In this document: positions 1-9,392 of the stretch, in pieces
Layout of the letters: each line of letters begins with the position of its first letter
Position numbering within the stretch: the first letter of the stretch is position 1
Origin: Candidatus Kuenenia stuttgartensis
GTDB taxonomy: Bacteria; Planctomycetota; Brocadiia; Brocadiales; Brocadiaceae
Length of the DNA stretch: 32,000 nucleotides
Direction: 5' to 3'
Assembly (NCBI RefSeq): GCF_900232105.1
Contig: NZ_LT934425.1
Location: forward strand, 1,710,001 to 1,742,000
Position numbers and translations under genes: made by a program
The notes under the pieces: model-generated
What the model was told of the DNA's origin: nothing
Databases searched by the model: none
Seen by the model: the letters and a program-made list of their open reading frames with translations, nothing else

Positions 1-186
1 TGCACCGTTGTTGAGCAGATCGTCGCACGCGTTGAATATTTCCTGCGGTTTGCTGCCGATCAAGCGAAGAAACTCGCGGTCGGCCTCGGAGAATATCCTG
101 GCCGGGGTTCGCTCCCCGGCTGCCAGTTCCATCAGGACGTGTCCGCACAATAATTTGAATTCCAGTTTCCAATCGATCATGTTCAT
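1..186 (-). CDS. Hypothetical protein, N-terminal part only (runs off the window)
   Basis: Reverse strand opens with MNMIDWKLEFKLLCGHVLMELAAGERTPARIFSEADREFLRLIGSKPQEIFNACDDLLNNGA and has no stop to the window edge. It has coding-like composition, unlike the opposing 75-aa ORF. Confidence 0.5.
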   Translation of the reverse strand, partial: MNMIDWKLEFKLLCGHVLMELAAGERTPARIFSEADREFLRLIGSKPQEIFNACDDLLNNGA

Positions 187-393
187 ATCCTTCTTTTCTG
201 GCCGGTTGCCTCGGGATGCACGACGGAATCCATGACCAGGCTGTTGAGTTGATAGTTGATAAGAAATCGCTTTTCCCCATGAGTTGTTCAGTATAGCAAA
301 GGCGAAGAGGATTACAACTTTTTTTAGCAAAATATAAGAAACAATGCAAGGGAAAATAATGATATGGAATTACAGAAGAAATTGGGGGGATTA

Positions 394-1608
394 TCATGTG
401 ATGTGTGCGGTTTCCTTTTGCGCATGTAAGGCATCGAAAGTAACGACACGGTCTTTTATGTCTAAATCATCAAACAATACCGGAACCATCGGTATTTCGT
501 TTGTTTTGCAGTCTACCTGAGTTTGTGCGAGAACTATACCCTGTTTATGAAGAAAAGCGGCAAGCAAATGTACCTGTTTGCCGTCAGGCTGTCTTGCACC
601 GCAAAGGGTTTTCCCGTCAACCGCAATGGGCAGGCTTTTATCACCTACAGATTGAAACCAACGCGAGAGGACTTTATCAACTGCTTCTGCATCCACCTGC
701 TGTAAGAAACGCCTGATGGTAGGTTCACTCGGTGGTTCGTATCGTTTCGTTTTTGTATTATAACGGCAGGAGAGACGTTTTAGCATATTTTGCGGACAAC
801 GCTTTGCCCACTCTGCAATGGCGGCAAAGCTCCAGGCATTGCAGATGATAGCACAGATAGAAATTGCCAGGATAGAACGTTTCCTGTGGCGAACGCCTCT
901 GGGCATGCGATGTTCAGGGATTTGCTGCAATAATTCGTCAAGAAATTCCGCATCTTTTAAAGATAATTTCATAGGCTTTGTCTCCTTTCTTAATTGTATG
1001 GTAAGATTAGGGTTATTAAGTTGTTTTTGGACTTGTGCTTTCAATGAGCGAACAAAGACCATCTTTGGCTTATTGTGCAGAAGATAGCCTTGTGATGATC
1101 TGGCAAAACCGGTTGAATGTCCTAAAAAAATCCATCCTGCGGCCTTATAGCAGACGCCTTTAAAAAAACGAGGGTCGACAAAGGTCTCCACAAGCCAGAT
1201 TGGATGCCCATAGACCTTAGTCCAGTCTTGTGATAAGCGTTTAAGGTTAAGAGAAAGAATACGGGAGGCAAGGTTTGGTACGTGTATCTGAGGAAGGATC
1301 AGGAAACGTGAGTTGTTTGCTATGAGTTTCAGGCGTTGTGATTTTAAAAATGGCGGCCATCCAATCCACTTATCGCGAACGGTACATTTTAATGCTGCGG
1401 CAGCCCAGCCGATCAAGGCAAGCCATTGTCCCTGTGATTCCGCTACGTAGCGAATTGATTCTCCTACGAGAGAACGAAATCCAAGGTAATGATGCTGGCG
1501 CATCAGTGTGTCCCAATTTGCCTGGTCGTTTTGTGAAACAGGACGAACGGTAATTGAATGAAGTAGTTCGTTGTGTGTGTTATCGATTGGTGTTGTATGC
1601 TGGTTCAT
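394..1608 (-). CDS. DUF4338 (DruA-like) domain fused to an ISAs1 family transposase, C-terminally truncated
   Basis: 404 aa. N-terminal half (RYVAESQGQWLALIGWAAAALKCTVRDKWIGW...HPIWLVETFVDPRFFKGVCYKAAGW) resembles DUF4338. C-terminal half (FLDELLQQIPEHRMPRGVRHRKRSILAISICAIICNAWSFAAIAEW... LPIAVDGKTLCGARQPDGKQVHLLAAF...VVTFDALHAQKETAHIT) is H-repeat/ISAs1-like but stops just after the second catalytic Asp region. Confidence 0.8.
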   Translation of the reverse strand: MNQHTTPIDNTHNELLHSITVRPVSQNDQANWDTLMRQHHYLGFRSLVGESIRYVAESQGQWLALIGWAAAALKCTVRDKWIGWPPFLKSQRLKLIANNSRFLILPQIHVPNLASRILSLNLKRLSQDWTKVYGHPIWLVETFVDPRFFKGVCYKAAGWIFLGHSTGFARSSQGYLLHNKPKMVFVRSLKAQVQKQLNNPNLTIQLRKETKPMKLSLKDAEFLDELLQQIPEHRMPRGVRHRKRSILAISICAIICNAWSFAAIAEWAKRCPQNMLKRLSCRYNTKTKRYEPPSEPTIRRFLQQVDAEAVDKVLSRWFQSVGDKSLPIAVDGKTLCGARQPDGKQVHLLAAFLHKQGIVLAQTQVDCKTNEIPMVPVLFDDLDIKDRVVTFDALHAQKETAHIT

Positions 1609-1790
1609 GCCCTATAATATAAAATATTTTAGGGGGAATGTCCACGTTTTTTTACATATCTTTGTATATTATGTGCTTATGGAAAACTTTGACAGCGCCA
1701 TGGATTTTGGGAGAGAGGTTTATTCCTTGAAATAGGGGATTTTTGCCAATTCCCCAAAAAATTTTCGTATCCATAATTTCAGAACCCCTG
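394..1790 (-). mobile_element. Remnant of an ISAs1-family-like insertion sequence, 3' end of the transposase lost
   Basis: ISAs1-type transposase body. Possible upstream terminus at about 1790 (reverse strand CAGGGGTTCTGAAATTATGG). No matching opposite terminus was seen on the left. Confidence 0.5.
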
Positions 1791-1824
1791 ATCCTTAGAC
1801 AGGTCAATTGCATTATCTCTCTCC

Positions 1825-4800
1825 TTAAAGAAAACTGAGATGTGTTGATGGAACTAAAGATTTATTTATTGAAGAAGAACTCCATAATAATTTTATCCTC
1901 GCAGATTTGCCTACATCGTTATATTCTATAGATATCTTGTGCCATCCTTTTTTCATACTAATCTCAGATTTGTCCTCTGTTGCACTATGTTTAGTCCAAT
2001 TATCAATGACAATATATCCATCAATTTTTAACCTGACACCATCGTCGCTCACTGTGTAGAATGTGTAATCACCACTTTCATCGATTCTGATTAATCCATC
2101 CCATCGCACAGAAAAATTATCTTCATTTATTCTCTGGCACGGTGAATTCAGTCCCCAATTAAAATCTATCTTCCTGTCCGTTCTTGAAAGCACGAATTTC
2201 TCAAAATTCTTGCCATTGAAATAGCTTCCCTTCAATCCTCCTGTAAACTCTGGTTTTACTTCAGAAAAAGGAATTACATCAATTTTTTCCCCATCCAGTT
2301 CTTCAATTTCATAGCCATCTTTAGACCAGCTAAGATTAGTTGATGGTACTAATGATTTATTCAGCGAAGAAGAACTCCATAATAGTCTTATTTTAGCATC
2401 ATAACCTGTGTCGTTGTATTCTATAAAAATCCTGTGCCACCCTTTTCTAAGATATCTCTTTGCTTTATTCTCTTTTGATGTATGGCTGGTCCAATTATCA
2501 ATAAGCATATCTCCATCAATCTTTAACCTGACACCATCATCACTCACGGTGTAAAATGTATAATCACCACTTTCATCGATTCTGATTAATCCATCCCACT
2601 GTACAGAAAAATTATCCTTATTTATTCCCTGGCACGGTGAATTGCGTTTCCAATTAAAATTTATCTTATTGTCCGTTCTTGAAAGCACGAATTTCTCAAA
2701 ATTCTTGCCGTTGAAATAGCTGCCCTTTAATCCTCCTATTAATTCCGGCCTGACATCAGACAATGGAATCTCCTTAAATTTTCTTTCTCCGACTTCCTTT
2801 ATTTCAATACCAGCCTTTCCGTCGGGAAAGTATATTGTTTGAATAGTCCTGAATGAGGCATATTCTCCCGCGTTAACAATTAAGACCTGTTTCCTGCCGA
2901 CTAACCTGTTAATAGTATTGTACTTATATTTGTCAAATATTTTACTTTTTTGCCATTTTTGCGGGTCGTACTTTGTATGAAATAAAATGTAAATGTATTT
3001 ATTACCCATATTCATAAAACTAACAGTATCGGTATTTTTCAATTTATCAGTTATCTGAATCGCCTCTTTTATGCCATAAGACCAGGCTCCGAACTTGGTT
3101 TCAGGGTATATCTTATAGTATCTCCAAAAGTAATTACTTACATTACAAATACTAAAAATTATAAAGGACCCCGTTAACACTATAAGCGGGTAGTTGATAT
3201 ATTTTTTAAACTGCTGGTGTTTTATACCAACGCTTCTTACGTAAGCAATAGTAGATACCAAGCCAACGGCGGCTATTATTTGAAAAACAGGTAATCCGTA
3301 AATCGATCTGATTGCATGAGGGATACTTTCATAAGTTAAGCTTGCAGATACCGGAAACAGCAAAAACCACCATAACAAAACTGCATTCCCCTTTTTCTTC
3401 CTTATGCACAATACAAGAAATATAATACCTAAAACAATGAGAATGCCTTCAAATTGAAAAAGTTGACCCATAGCCCCTATGTTATGCCTTGAATTTCCAT
3501 CACCTCTGAAAAATAAAAAATTTGGGGACATATGAAGTGAATAATTCCTCAGGAATGAATACGGAATCAGAAAAGATTTATAGTCAACCAGGTCTTTAAA
3601 GAAAGGCAGAGACCAATATCTATCATTCAAGATACCGTTCTTAGTTGCATTTAATGAATGTTTCGTAAAAATGGATATAATATTATATCTCGTTTGGCCA
3701 GGACCGTTGAAGGTGAAATTCAAAAGAGGGAGCAAAAAGAAAAAACCTATTAAGAGAGACAAGAATAGCTCCGTTTTATGCTGGAAAAGCCGCCTGTAAT
3801 TTATAATGAGGAAGACTAATAGAAAAAGCGGCACGAAAAGCTTGGCAGGAGCATACGTGTAAAGTGTTAAAGCAAAGATTGCCGCACTGAAAAGTAGATA
3901 TTTACCATTTTTCAGGCCTTTTAGTAAGAAATAGTAACCAATTGTAAAAAGACAGGGAAGTGAAATCGCCTCAAAGGCTATCCTGCTAAATTGAATATGC
4001 CAGGGGGTAACAGCGAGGAAAAAGGCTGCCCACAAACCAACACGTTTATTAAATATCTCTTTGGCCAAAAGATAGGTAAAAAACACTGTCAGCATTCCAA
4101 ACATAGCGGCAGTGAATCTGACAGCAAATACATTCAAACCAAATATTTTTATGAATGGGATAACGGCATAGATATAGACAGGATTTTTATATTCACCAAA
4201 GGCCTTAAAATAGAGTGGCAACAGTGTCCCATGTTCATCTTTACCCGTTTGTAAAACAGAATAAGCATTATAGCCAATGGATGCTTCGTCCGAATAAAAA
4301 CCATTAGGATTTTCATGTAAATTAATCAGTCTTAAAAATATTGCAAGAAAAATGATGAATAACAGGTAAGCATTACTCGTTAGCCATAAACGGTTGATGC
4401 GCAATAGTTCTTTTTTTAATGAGGCGATATCAGGGGCATAATATTTCCATATATTTTCATTATACTTAATTGCCCAAATGATTAATGTAATTGCCAGAAG
4501 GAGAACTGATATTCCCATTAAAGGGAATTCAGGCAGGTTTCCTGTAATAGTTTTTCCTATATAATATTTAAAAGCCCAAATATTAAGAGAACAATACATA
4601 GTGCCATGCAAGGCTCCTATGGAGCAAATAATTATAGAAACACATCCCGATATAATGACGACTCTTTTAAAGAATTCTGTATTCAAGGTCTTTCTTAACA
4701 AACCTGAGTTCAAATCCGTCCAGTAGGGGCATAAACCTAAGATCAGGAACGGCAGGGTGGGAAGTAAATATCTTGGTCCATATTGACAATGACCAACGGT

Positions 4801-5835
4801 GCTCATATTGATTAAATATGAAATTAAAAATACAAATTGTAGTATTAAAAAAAGTTTCTCTCTGAAAAATTCCTTGCGGATAAAAAAAATACCGAAAAAC
4901 GACAGGACAATTATTGGTGAAAAGGCATAAATACTTGTCTTTGGTGAGAGAAAATAAAAATGTATTTTTCCCAGAATGTTGTTGAGAGAAAAAGCAGGGT
5001 ATGTATCGTTAAAATTACCAGCAATATTTGCAGGCAGGAAAGGACTCCCAAAAGCATAGTAATTGTAAAGGAATAAGGGGGAAACCGAAAAAGTAAATAC
5101 AATTAAAAACAAAAACAGGTGCTTCCATTTTTTAAAAGTTAAAATGTATAATAGTAATCCTAATAAAATAAATACAGGAAGGGCTGATGTGAAAATAGAT
5201 ACACCTGCCGTTATACCGGAGACTACCGTGCAGAAGGTTTTATTTACCTGGGAGGAGTGGAAGCTTAAAAAAAGAAAATAAAATGAAGCAAATATTAAGA
5301 AAGTACCATAGATATCATGATGAGTAACCCCGCAGTATGGGAATGATATGGTGCCTAACCCATAAAATATTGCGACCAGGAAGCTAAATTTTTTGTTTTT
5401 GGTTAGGAAAACACCTATTTTAAAGAGCATAACGACTATTAATGAAGTCATTGCGCCCGAAGTAAACCAAGTGACCAGCGAGGATGTTAGCAAGTAACTA
5501 TTTTCATAGGTTATGCCAATAATATACAATATGAAATAGATTATTGTGCCTATAAAGAATTGCCCTGGCTGTTTGGCTGCGTAAAGATGTCCTTCATGAT
5601 TAAACACATCTCCAGGCCTTTTGAGTTTCGGGGTCGGGCTACCATCAACATACAGGGTTCCTCTTTCAGCAATAGCCTCTATTCCTGCTTGTTGCAAGGT
5701 GTATGAATTTTGATCATTGCTGTTGACAAATATCCCATAAATAAAGAAGATTGCACAAAACAACAGCACCGTATCACTGATCTTTTGAATATGAAATATT
5801 TTTTTAAAAAATTTAAATTGTATATAAATTTTCAT
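1825..5835 (-). CDS. Large membrane protein: two GT-C/PMT-like (dolichyl-phosphate-mannose mannosyltransferase/ArnT-like) modules plus two C-terminal PA14-like domains
   Basis: 1336-aa ORF. First multi-TM module about aa 1-470; second contains RLINLHENPNGFYSDEASIGYNAYSVLQTG...NPVYIYAVIPFIKIFGLNVFAVRFTAAMFG typical of PMT/GT39-like proteins. Two repeats of SPCQ.IN.DNFSV.WDGLIRIDESGDYTFYTVSDDGVRLKIDG...IDNW form the C-terminus. Confidence 0.85.
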   Translation of the reverse strand: MKIYIQFKFFKKIFHIQKISDTVLLFCAIFFIYGIFVNSNDQNSYTLQQAGIEAIAERGTLYVDGSPTPKLKRPGDVFNHEGHLYAAKQPGQFFIGTIIYFILYIIGITYENSYLLTSSLVTWFTSGAMTSLIVVMLFKIGVFLTKNKKFSFLVAIFYGLGTISFPYCGVTHHDIYGTFLIFASFYFLFLSFHSSQVNKTFCTVVSGITAGVSIFTSALPVFILLGLLLYILTFKKWKHLFLFLIVFTFSVSPLFLYNYYAFGSPFLPANIAGNFNDTYPAFSLNNILGKIHFYFLSPKTSIYAFSPIIVLSFFGIFFIRKEFFREKLFLILQFVFLISYLINMSTVGHCQYGPRYLLPTLPFLILGLCPYWTDLNSGLLRKTLNTEFFKRVVIISGCVSIIICSIGALHGTMYCSLNIWAFKYYIGKTITGNLPEFPLMGISVLLLAITLIIWAIKYNENIWKYYAPDIASLKKELLRINRLWLTSNAYLLFIIFLAIFLRLINLHENPNGFYSDEASIGYNAYSVLQTGKDEHGTLLPLYFKAFGEYKNPVYIYAVIPFIKIFGLNVFAVRFTAAMFGMLTVFFTYLLAKEIFNKRVGLWAAFFLAVTPWHIQFSRIAFEAISLPCLFTIGYYFLLKGLKNGKYLLFSAAIFALTLYTYAPAKLFVPLFLLVFLIINYRRLFQHKTELFLSLLIGFFFLLPLLNFTFNGPGQTRYNIISIFTKHSLNATKNGILNDRYWSLPFFKDLVDYKSFLIPYSFLRNYSLHMSPNFLFFRGDGNSRHNIGAMGQLFQFEGILIVLGIIFLVLCIRKKKGNAVLLWWFLLFPVSASLTYESIPHAIRSIYGLPVFQIIAAVGLVSTIAYVRSVGIKHQQFKKYINYPLIVLTGSFIIFSICNVSNYFWRYYKIYPETKFGAWSYGIKEAIQITDKLKNTDTVSFMNMGNKYIYILFHTKYDPQKWQKSKIFDKYKYNTINRLVGRKQVLIVNAGEYASFRTIQTIYFPDGKAGIEIKEVGERKFKEIPLSDVRPELIGGLKGSYFNGKNFEKFVLSRTDNKINFNWKRNSPCQGINKDNFSVQWDGLIRIDESGDYTFYTVSDDGVRLKIDGDMLIDNWTSHTSKENKAKRYLRKGWHRIFIEYNDTGYDAKIRLLWSSSSLNKSLVPSTNLSWSKDGYEIEELDGEKIDVIPFSEVKPEFTGGLKGSYFNGKNFEKFVLSRTDRKIDFNWGLNSPCQRINEDNFSVRWDGLIRIDESGDYTFYTVSDDGVRLKIDGYIVIDNWTKHSATEDKSEISMKKGWHKISIEYNDVGKSARIKLLWSSSSINKSLVPSTHLSFL
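1845..2785 (-). repeat. Tandem in-frame duplication, about 495 bp period, encoding the two PA14-like domains
   Basis: Matching stretches offset by 495 bp, e.g. ttgatggaactaaagattt at 1845 and ttgatggtactaatgattt at 2340. The translated units are highly similar. Confidence 0.85.
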
Positions 5836-6089
5836 TTTATCGGATGTTTTCCCCTGCCAAAATGTTACGAGGTATCAAAACAGGCAAACTAGCGACGAAA
5901 CCAATGCCTGGCTGGGTGGATTTTCGCGCGTTCCGCTAAAAAGCTTGTTGTTTGACTTTTACAGGACATGTTTAAAAGAATGTGTGTGTTGCGGTTTTTA
6001 CCGGCGGTTTGAAATACCCCGGCAATTACCGCATAAAAAATCAGACATGTTTTTCAGAAATGGCGGCTGCTCATTGTTCCTGATAGTTT

Positions 6090-6860
6090 TCACATCCTTC
6101 TTTTCATGATGAAGGGAAGGTGTACCTGGTCTTGTTTGTAATCCCCCGTCAGGGCATATATAATGATATTTATCCCGAGGCGAAAGGCCATTTCCCGCTG
6201 CCTCTCCCCTCCGGGAATCACTTCGTATTCCCACGTACCCAGAGGGTCTTTCGCCCATGCGCCGCCGAGGTCATTGTGTGAATAAATTATTACGGTACGA
6301 TTCCCAAGTGTTATCCCTTCCAGAAACGTCTTTTCCATAATCCGGCCATATGCCCTGTTCAGCAGATAAAAGGATTTAAAGATGGTATGTTCTAATGAAA
6401 GAGGCTCTAACGATTTGTTTGGGAATATCCGCTTAATTTCCCGTTGTATGGATTTATCGAAACCGAAATTGTCCTTTCCAATGCAGTCGTCAATGAGCAA
6501 GGTTCCTCCGAACTCAAGGTACAACTTAAGATTACTAATTTCGCTATCACTAAAAGGGGGAAATTCACGGTCTCCCGACATGTAGGCAAAGGGATATTCA
6601 AATAACTCTTTATCGCCGGGCATGACGGATCTGGTCCCAATGCTTGCTTCCACGCTGGTTCTCTTCATCAGCTCCCACATGAGCCGGTTGCCGGTATTTG
6701 GCCGTGGGTTCCAATTGCCGTTGGAATACTCAATCTGTACAAAGGTAAACTTTGAGGCGTCACCCATTGCAAAAAGCGTGTTGAGGGAAGGGGATAAAAT
6801 AGTGGCTACGAACAAAATAAATGAAAAGGAGATAGATAAATTGAAATGATTATGCTTCAT
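6090..6860 (-). CDS. DUF4159 domain-containing exported protein
   Basis: 256 aa with signal peptide-like N-terminus, then FTFVQIEYSNGNWNPRPNTGNRLMWELMKRTSVEA...FPFAYMSGDREFPPFSDSEISNLKLYLEFGGTLLIDD...GLNIIIYALTGDYKQDQVHLPFIMKRR-type motifs. Confidence 0.8.
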   Translation of the reverse strand: MKHNHFNLSISFSFILFVATILSPSLNTLFAMGDASKFTFVQIEYSNGNWNPRPNTGNRLMWELMKRTSVEASIGTRSVMPGDKELFEYPFAYMSGDREFPPFSDSEISNLKLYLEFGGTLLIDDCIGKDNFGFDKSIQREIKRIFPNKSLEPLSLEHTIFKSFYLLNRAYGRIMEKTFLEGITLGNRTVIIYSHNDLGGAWAKDPLGTWEYEVIPGGERQREMAFRLGINIIIYALTGDYKQDQVHLPFIMKRRM

Positions 6861-6970
6861 TTTACCGGGAGTATTTTTAGACCAAAAGATTGTAAAACAA
6901 GAATATATTGCAATAATTATAAAATACTATATCTGTTTCGCAGCGATTTTCCAAGTGACAAATTTTAAAG

Positions 6971-7054
6971 CAATCGGCAGTATACAGTATACAGTCTACC
7001 GTCAGCAGATTGCAGATTGCAGATTGCAGATTGCCGACTGTAGACTGCCGACTG
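6971..7054 (-). repeat. Degenerate heptameric repeat array, 12 x 7 bp
   Basis: Reverse strand reads CAGTCGG CAGTCTA CAGTCGG CAATCTG x4 CTGACGG TAGACTG TATACTG TATACTG CCGATTG. Confidence 0.9.
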
Positions 7055-7234
7055 TTTTCGCGTCCAATCCAATGAATAGTTAAATCGTGTTTTTCCCTCA
7101 TAAATTATTGCCTTAAATATTGTTTGACTAATTAAATGAATTTGATTAGAGTATCTACGCTTCCAGGCCATTACCGCCGTAATTCCCTTATATTATGTAT
7201 AACGCCTGGTATTGTGTGGAAAAATTAAAACTGC

Positions 7235-8083
7235 GTGGATAGTTTTGCCGTTAAAATAGAAGGCCTTACTAAGGTTTACAAAGATTTTTGGAAACGGAAA
7301 AGTGTTCCCGCCCTGACAAATCTGAATCTTGAAATCAAACAGGGAGAAATATTTGGGCTTTTAGGTCCCAACGGATCGGGAAAGACTACTACTGTTAAAT
7401 TACTCCTTGGATTTCTTCACCCCACCAGCGGCAGGTCCTGGTTATTGGGAAAACCTTCCGGCCATATACAAACCAAAAATAAGATCGGTTTTTTACCAGA
7501 AGAATCCTATTTATATACATTTTTGAATGCGGAAGAGATCCTGGATTTTTATGGAAAACTTTTCAATCTTTCCCGAAAAGAAAGAAAGGAAAGGATCGAT
7601 AAATTAATCTACCTTGTAGGGTTGAACCCTTACCGAAAGCGCCTTTTGAGTAAATACTCAAAAGGGATGCTGAGGAGAATCGGCATTGCACAGGCGATAA
7701 TAAATGACCCGGATTTGATTATACTGGACGAGCCTACCAGCGGGCTTGACCCAATAGGCCGCCGGGAAATAAAAGAGCTGATAAGTGAATTTAACAAACA
7801 GGGCAAAACCGTATTGCTCTGTTCTCATCTGTTGGCAGACGTGCAAAGTATTTGCAGCAGAATCGCGATTCTTAATAAAGGTGTTTTGCAAGTGTCAGGC
7901 AACGTGAAGGAATTGCTTTGCCGAAACGAAGTAATGGAGTTTCTGGTCAAAAACCTATCTGACGGCGATTTAGAATTGGTAAAAAAATTTATAGCGGAGA
8001 AAAACGGCGAAGTACTTTCTATGCATCCTCATCGTTCAACATTGGAGGAACTGTTTGTTAACATCATACAGCAGCACAATTAG
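7235..8083 (+). CDS. ABC transporter ATP-binding protein
   Basis: GTG start. Walker A GPNGSGKTT, signature YSKGMLRRIGIAQAI, Walker B LIILDEPTSGLDP. Confidence 0.95.
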   Translation: MDSFAVKIEGLTKVYKDFWKRKSVPALTNLNLEIKQGEIFGLLGPNGSGKTTTVKLLLGFLHPTSGRSWLLGKPSGHIQTKNKIGFLPEESYLYTFLNAEEILDFYGKLFNLSRKERKERIDKLIYLVGLNPYRKRLLSKYSKGMLRRIGIAQAIINDPDLIILDEPTSGLDPIGRREIKELISEFNKQGKTVLLCSHLLADVQSICSRIAILNKGVLQVSGNVKELLCRNEVMEFLVKNLSDGDLELVKKFIAEKNGEVLSMHPHRSTLEELFVNIIQQHN

Positions 8084-8104
8084 AGTATTTTCTCATTCGG
8101 ACTG

Positions 8105-9385
8105 ATGGTACTAACTCTTGCCACTCATACATTACGAGAGGCTATTAGAAAAAAAATACCTCACATATTAATTGGCTCCGGCGCCATTATTTTGGCAATA
8201 TCGCCGTTAATTTCATCGGCAAATGAACCCGACGCACTGCCAAAAATAATGCTGATATTGTTTTTTCAGGTAGTGACGGTTTTTTGCATAACCGGAATAA
8301 TCATCTACTCCGCAATTTCGTTACCGTACGATATTGAAAAAAAAACCATTTTTAGTGTTCTTTCAAAACCTGTTTCTCCTTTTAAATTTGTTGCCGGCAA
8401 AACACTTGGTTTTTCATTGTTAGCGGCTTTTATCCTGGCCGTATTGGGTTTTGTCAATATTGTGTTTGTTTTTTGTGCCTCCTCTCACCGGCTATCGGAA
8501 CAAAAAGGATTGTTCAAGGCCCGTAAAGAATTCAATGCTCAGCATTTTCATATTCAGGGGAATGTGCATCGTGAAAAAGAAAGGATTCGCTGGATCATGG
8601 GTGGGGGAGAAGGTGTCGCCGTATGGAACTTTCCCAATTTGCACGAAAAAGCCGAAAAAACCTTTCCCTTTGAAGTGGAACTTCATCTTAAATTGGATAG
8701 CAGCAGGGATATCGCAGATACGATCCCCCTTGCAATTGGAATCGAAGGCATTCACCCGGAAGAAAACAAGACAGAGGTTTTTTCTGCAAAGGCAGACGAA
8801 ATATTAACGGTCAGCATAAACCCGGGAATCATAAAAACACACAACGATATTAAAATAACCGCTTTTCCGGTTCTTGTTACTGATTATATTGGCGCTACAC
8901 AAAACAGTGTGAAGGTCTTCTCCCTGCAAAGAGGATTTGTATTCAACTATGCGAAGGCAATAGCCGTAACCTTTTTGAAATTTTTACTGATAATCGCGGT
9001 TGCCGTAATGGGTTCTGCATATCTCTCCGCGCCGGTCAGCATTTTATTGGCATTTACTGTCTTCCTATGCGGACATTTACTGGATTTCGTAAAAGACTTT
9101 TCATTATTATTGCATCATTCCGGCACACATGAACACGCATTACATGGGATGATAAAAAACCCAAATATCTTTATGATATATATGGAGTATTTCTCTAAAA
9201 AACCCTTAGAATGGGTTTCGTTTATTTTGCCTGATTTTAAAAGATTTGACAGCCTGGCATATCTTTTAAAGGGTATAAATATCCCTTTAGAAACCATTGG
9301 ATTCTCTGTGCAATATACGGTAATATACGTACTAATTTGTACTCTTATTTCTTGCATACTATTAAAAAAGAGAGAATTCTTTTAA
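8105..9385 (+). CDS. ABC transporter permease
   Basis: 426 aa multi-TM protein directly downstream of the ATPase: THTLREAIRKKIPHILIGSGAIILAISPLI...ISLPYDIEKKTIFSVLSKPVSPFKFVAGKTLG, typical of ABC-2 type permeases. Confidence 0.85.
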   Translation: MVLTLATHTLREAIRKKIPHILIGSGAIILAISPLISSANEPDALPKIMLILFFQVVTVFCITGIIIYSAISLPYDIEKKTIFSVLSKPVSPFKFVAGKTLGFSLLAAFILAVLGFVNIVFVFCASSHRLSEQKGLFKARKEFNAQHFHIQGNVHREKERIRWIMGGGEGVAVWNFPNLHEKAEKTFPFEVELHLKLDSSRDIADTIPLAIGIEGIHPEENKTEVFSAKADEILTVSINPGIIKTHNDIKITAFPVLVTDYIGATQNSVKVFSLQRGFVFNYAKAIAVTFLKFLLIIAVAVMGSAYLSAPVSILLAFTVFLCGHLLDFVKDFSLLLHHSGTHEHALHGMIKNPNIFMIYMEYFSKKPLEWVSFILPDFKRFDSLAYLLKGINIPLETIGFSVQYTVIYVLICTLISCILLKKREFF

Positions 9386-9392
9386 GTACGGA

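Noticed and set aside
8-235. 75-aa forward ORF at the left edge
   Set aside because: Opposite strand carries a more protein-like open frame through the same bases; the forward ORF has no recognisable motif.
501-1553. Small ORFs on the plus strand inside the transposase (501..716, 523..705, 818..1087, 1338..1553)
   Set aside because: Antisense shadows of a strongly supported coding region.
394-1608. Interpretation as a working Druantia defence system
   Set aside because: Only a DUF4338-like domain fused to a transposase is present; no DruE-like helicase or other Druantia components are in the window.
5998-6258. 86-aa reverse ORF overlapping the DUF4159 gene end
   Set aside because: Low-complexity arginine/glycine-rich shadow in another frame of the DUF4159 gene; no ribosome binding site or motif.
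6971-7054. Possible CRISPR array
   Set aside because: Strict 7-bp tandem period with no spacers and no cas genes nearby.
6877-7171. Two reverse ORFs containing QSTVGNLQSAICNL-type repeats (6877..7101, 6965..7171)
   Set aside because: Their repetitive peptide sequence is just translation of the heptamer array.
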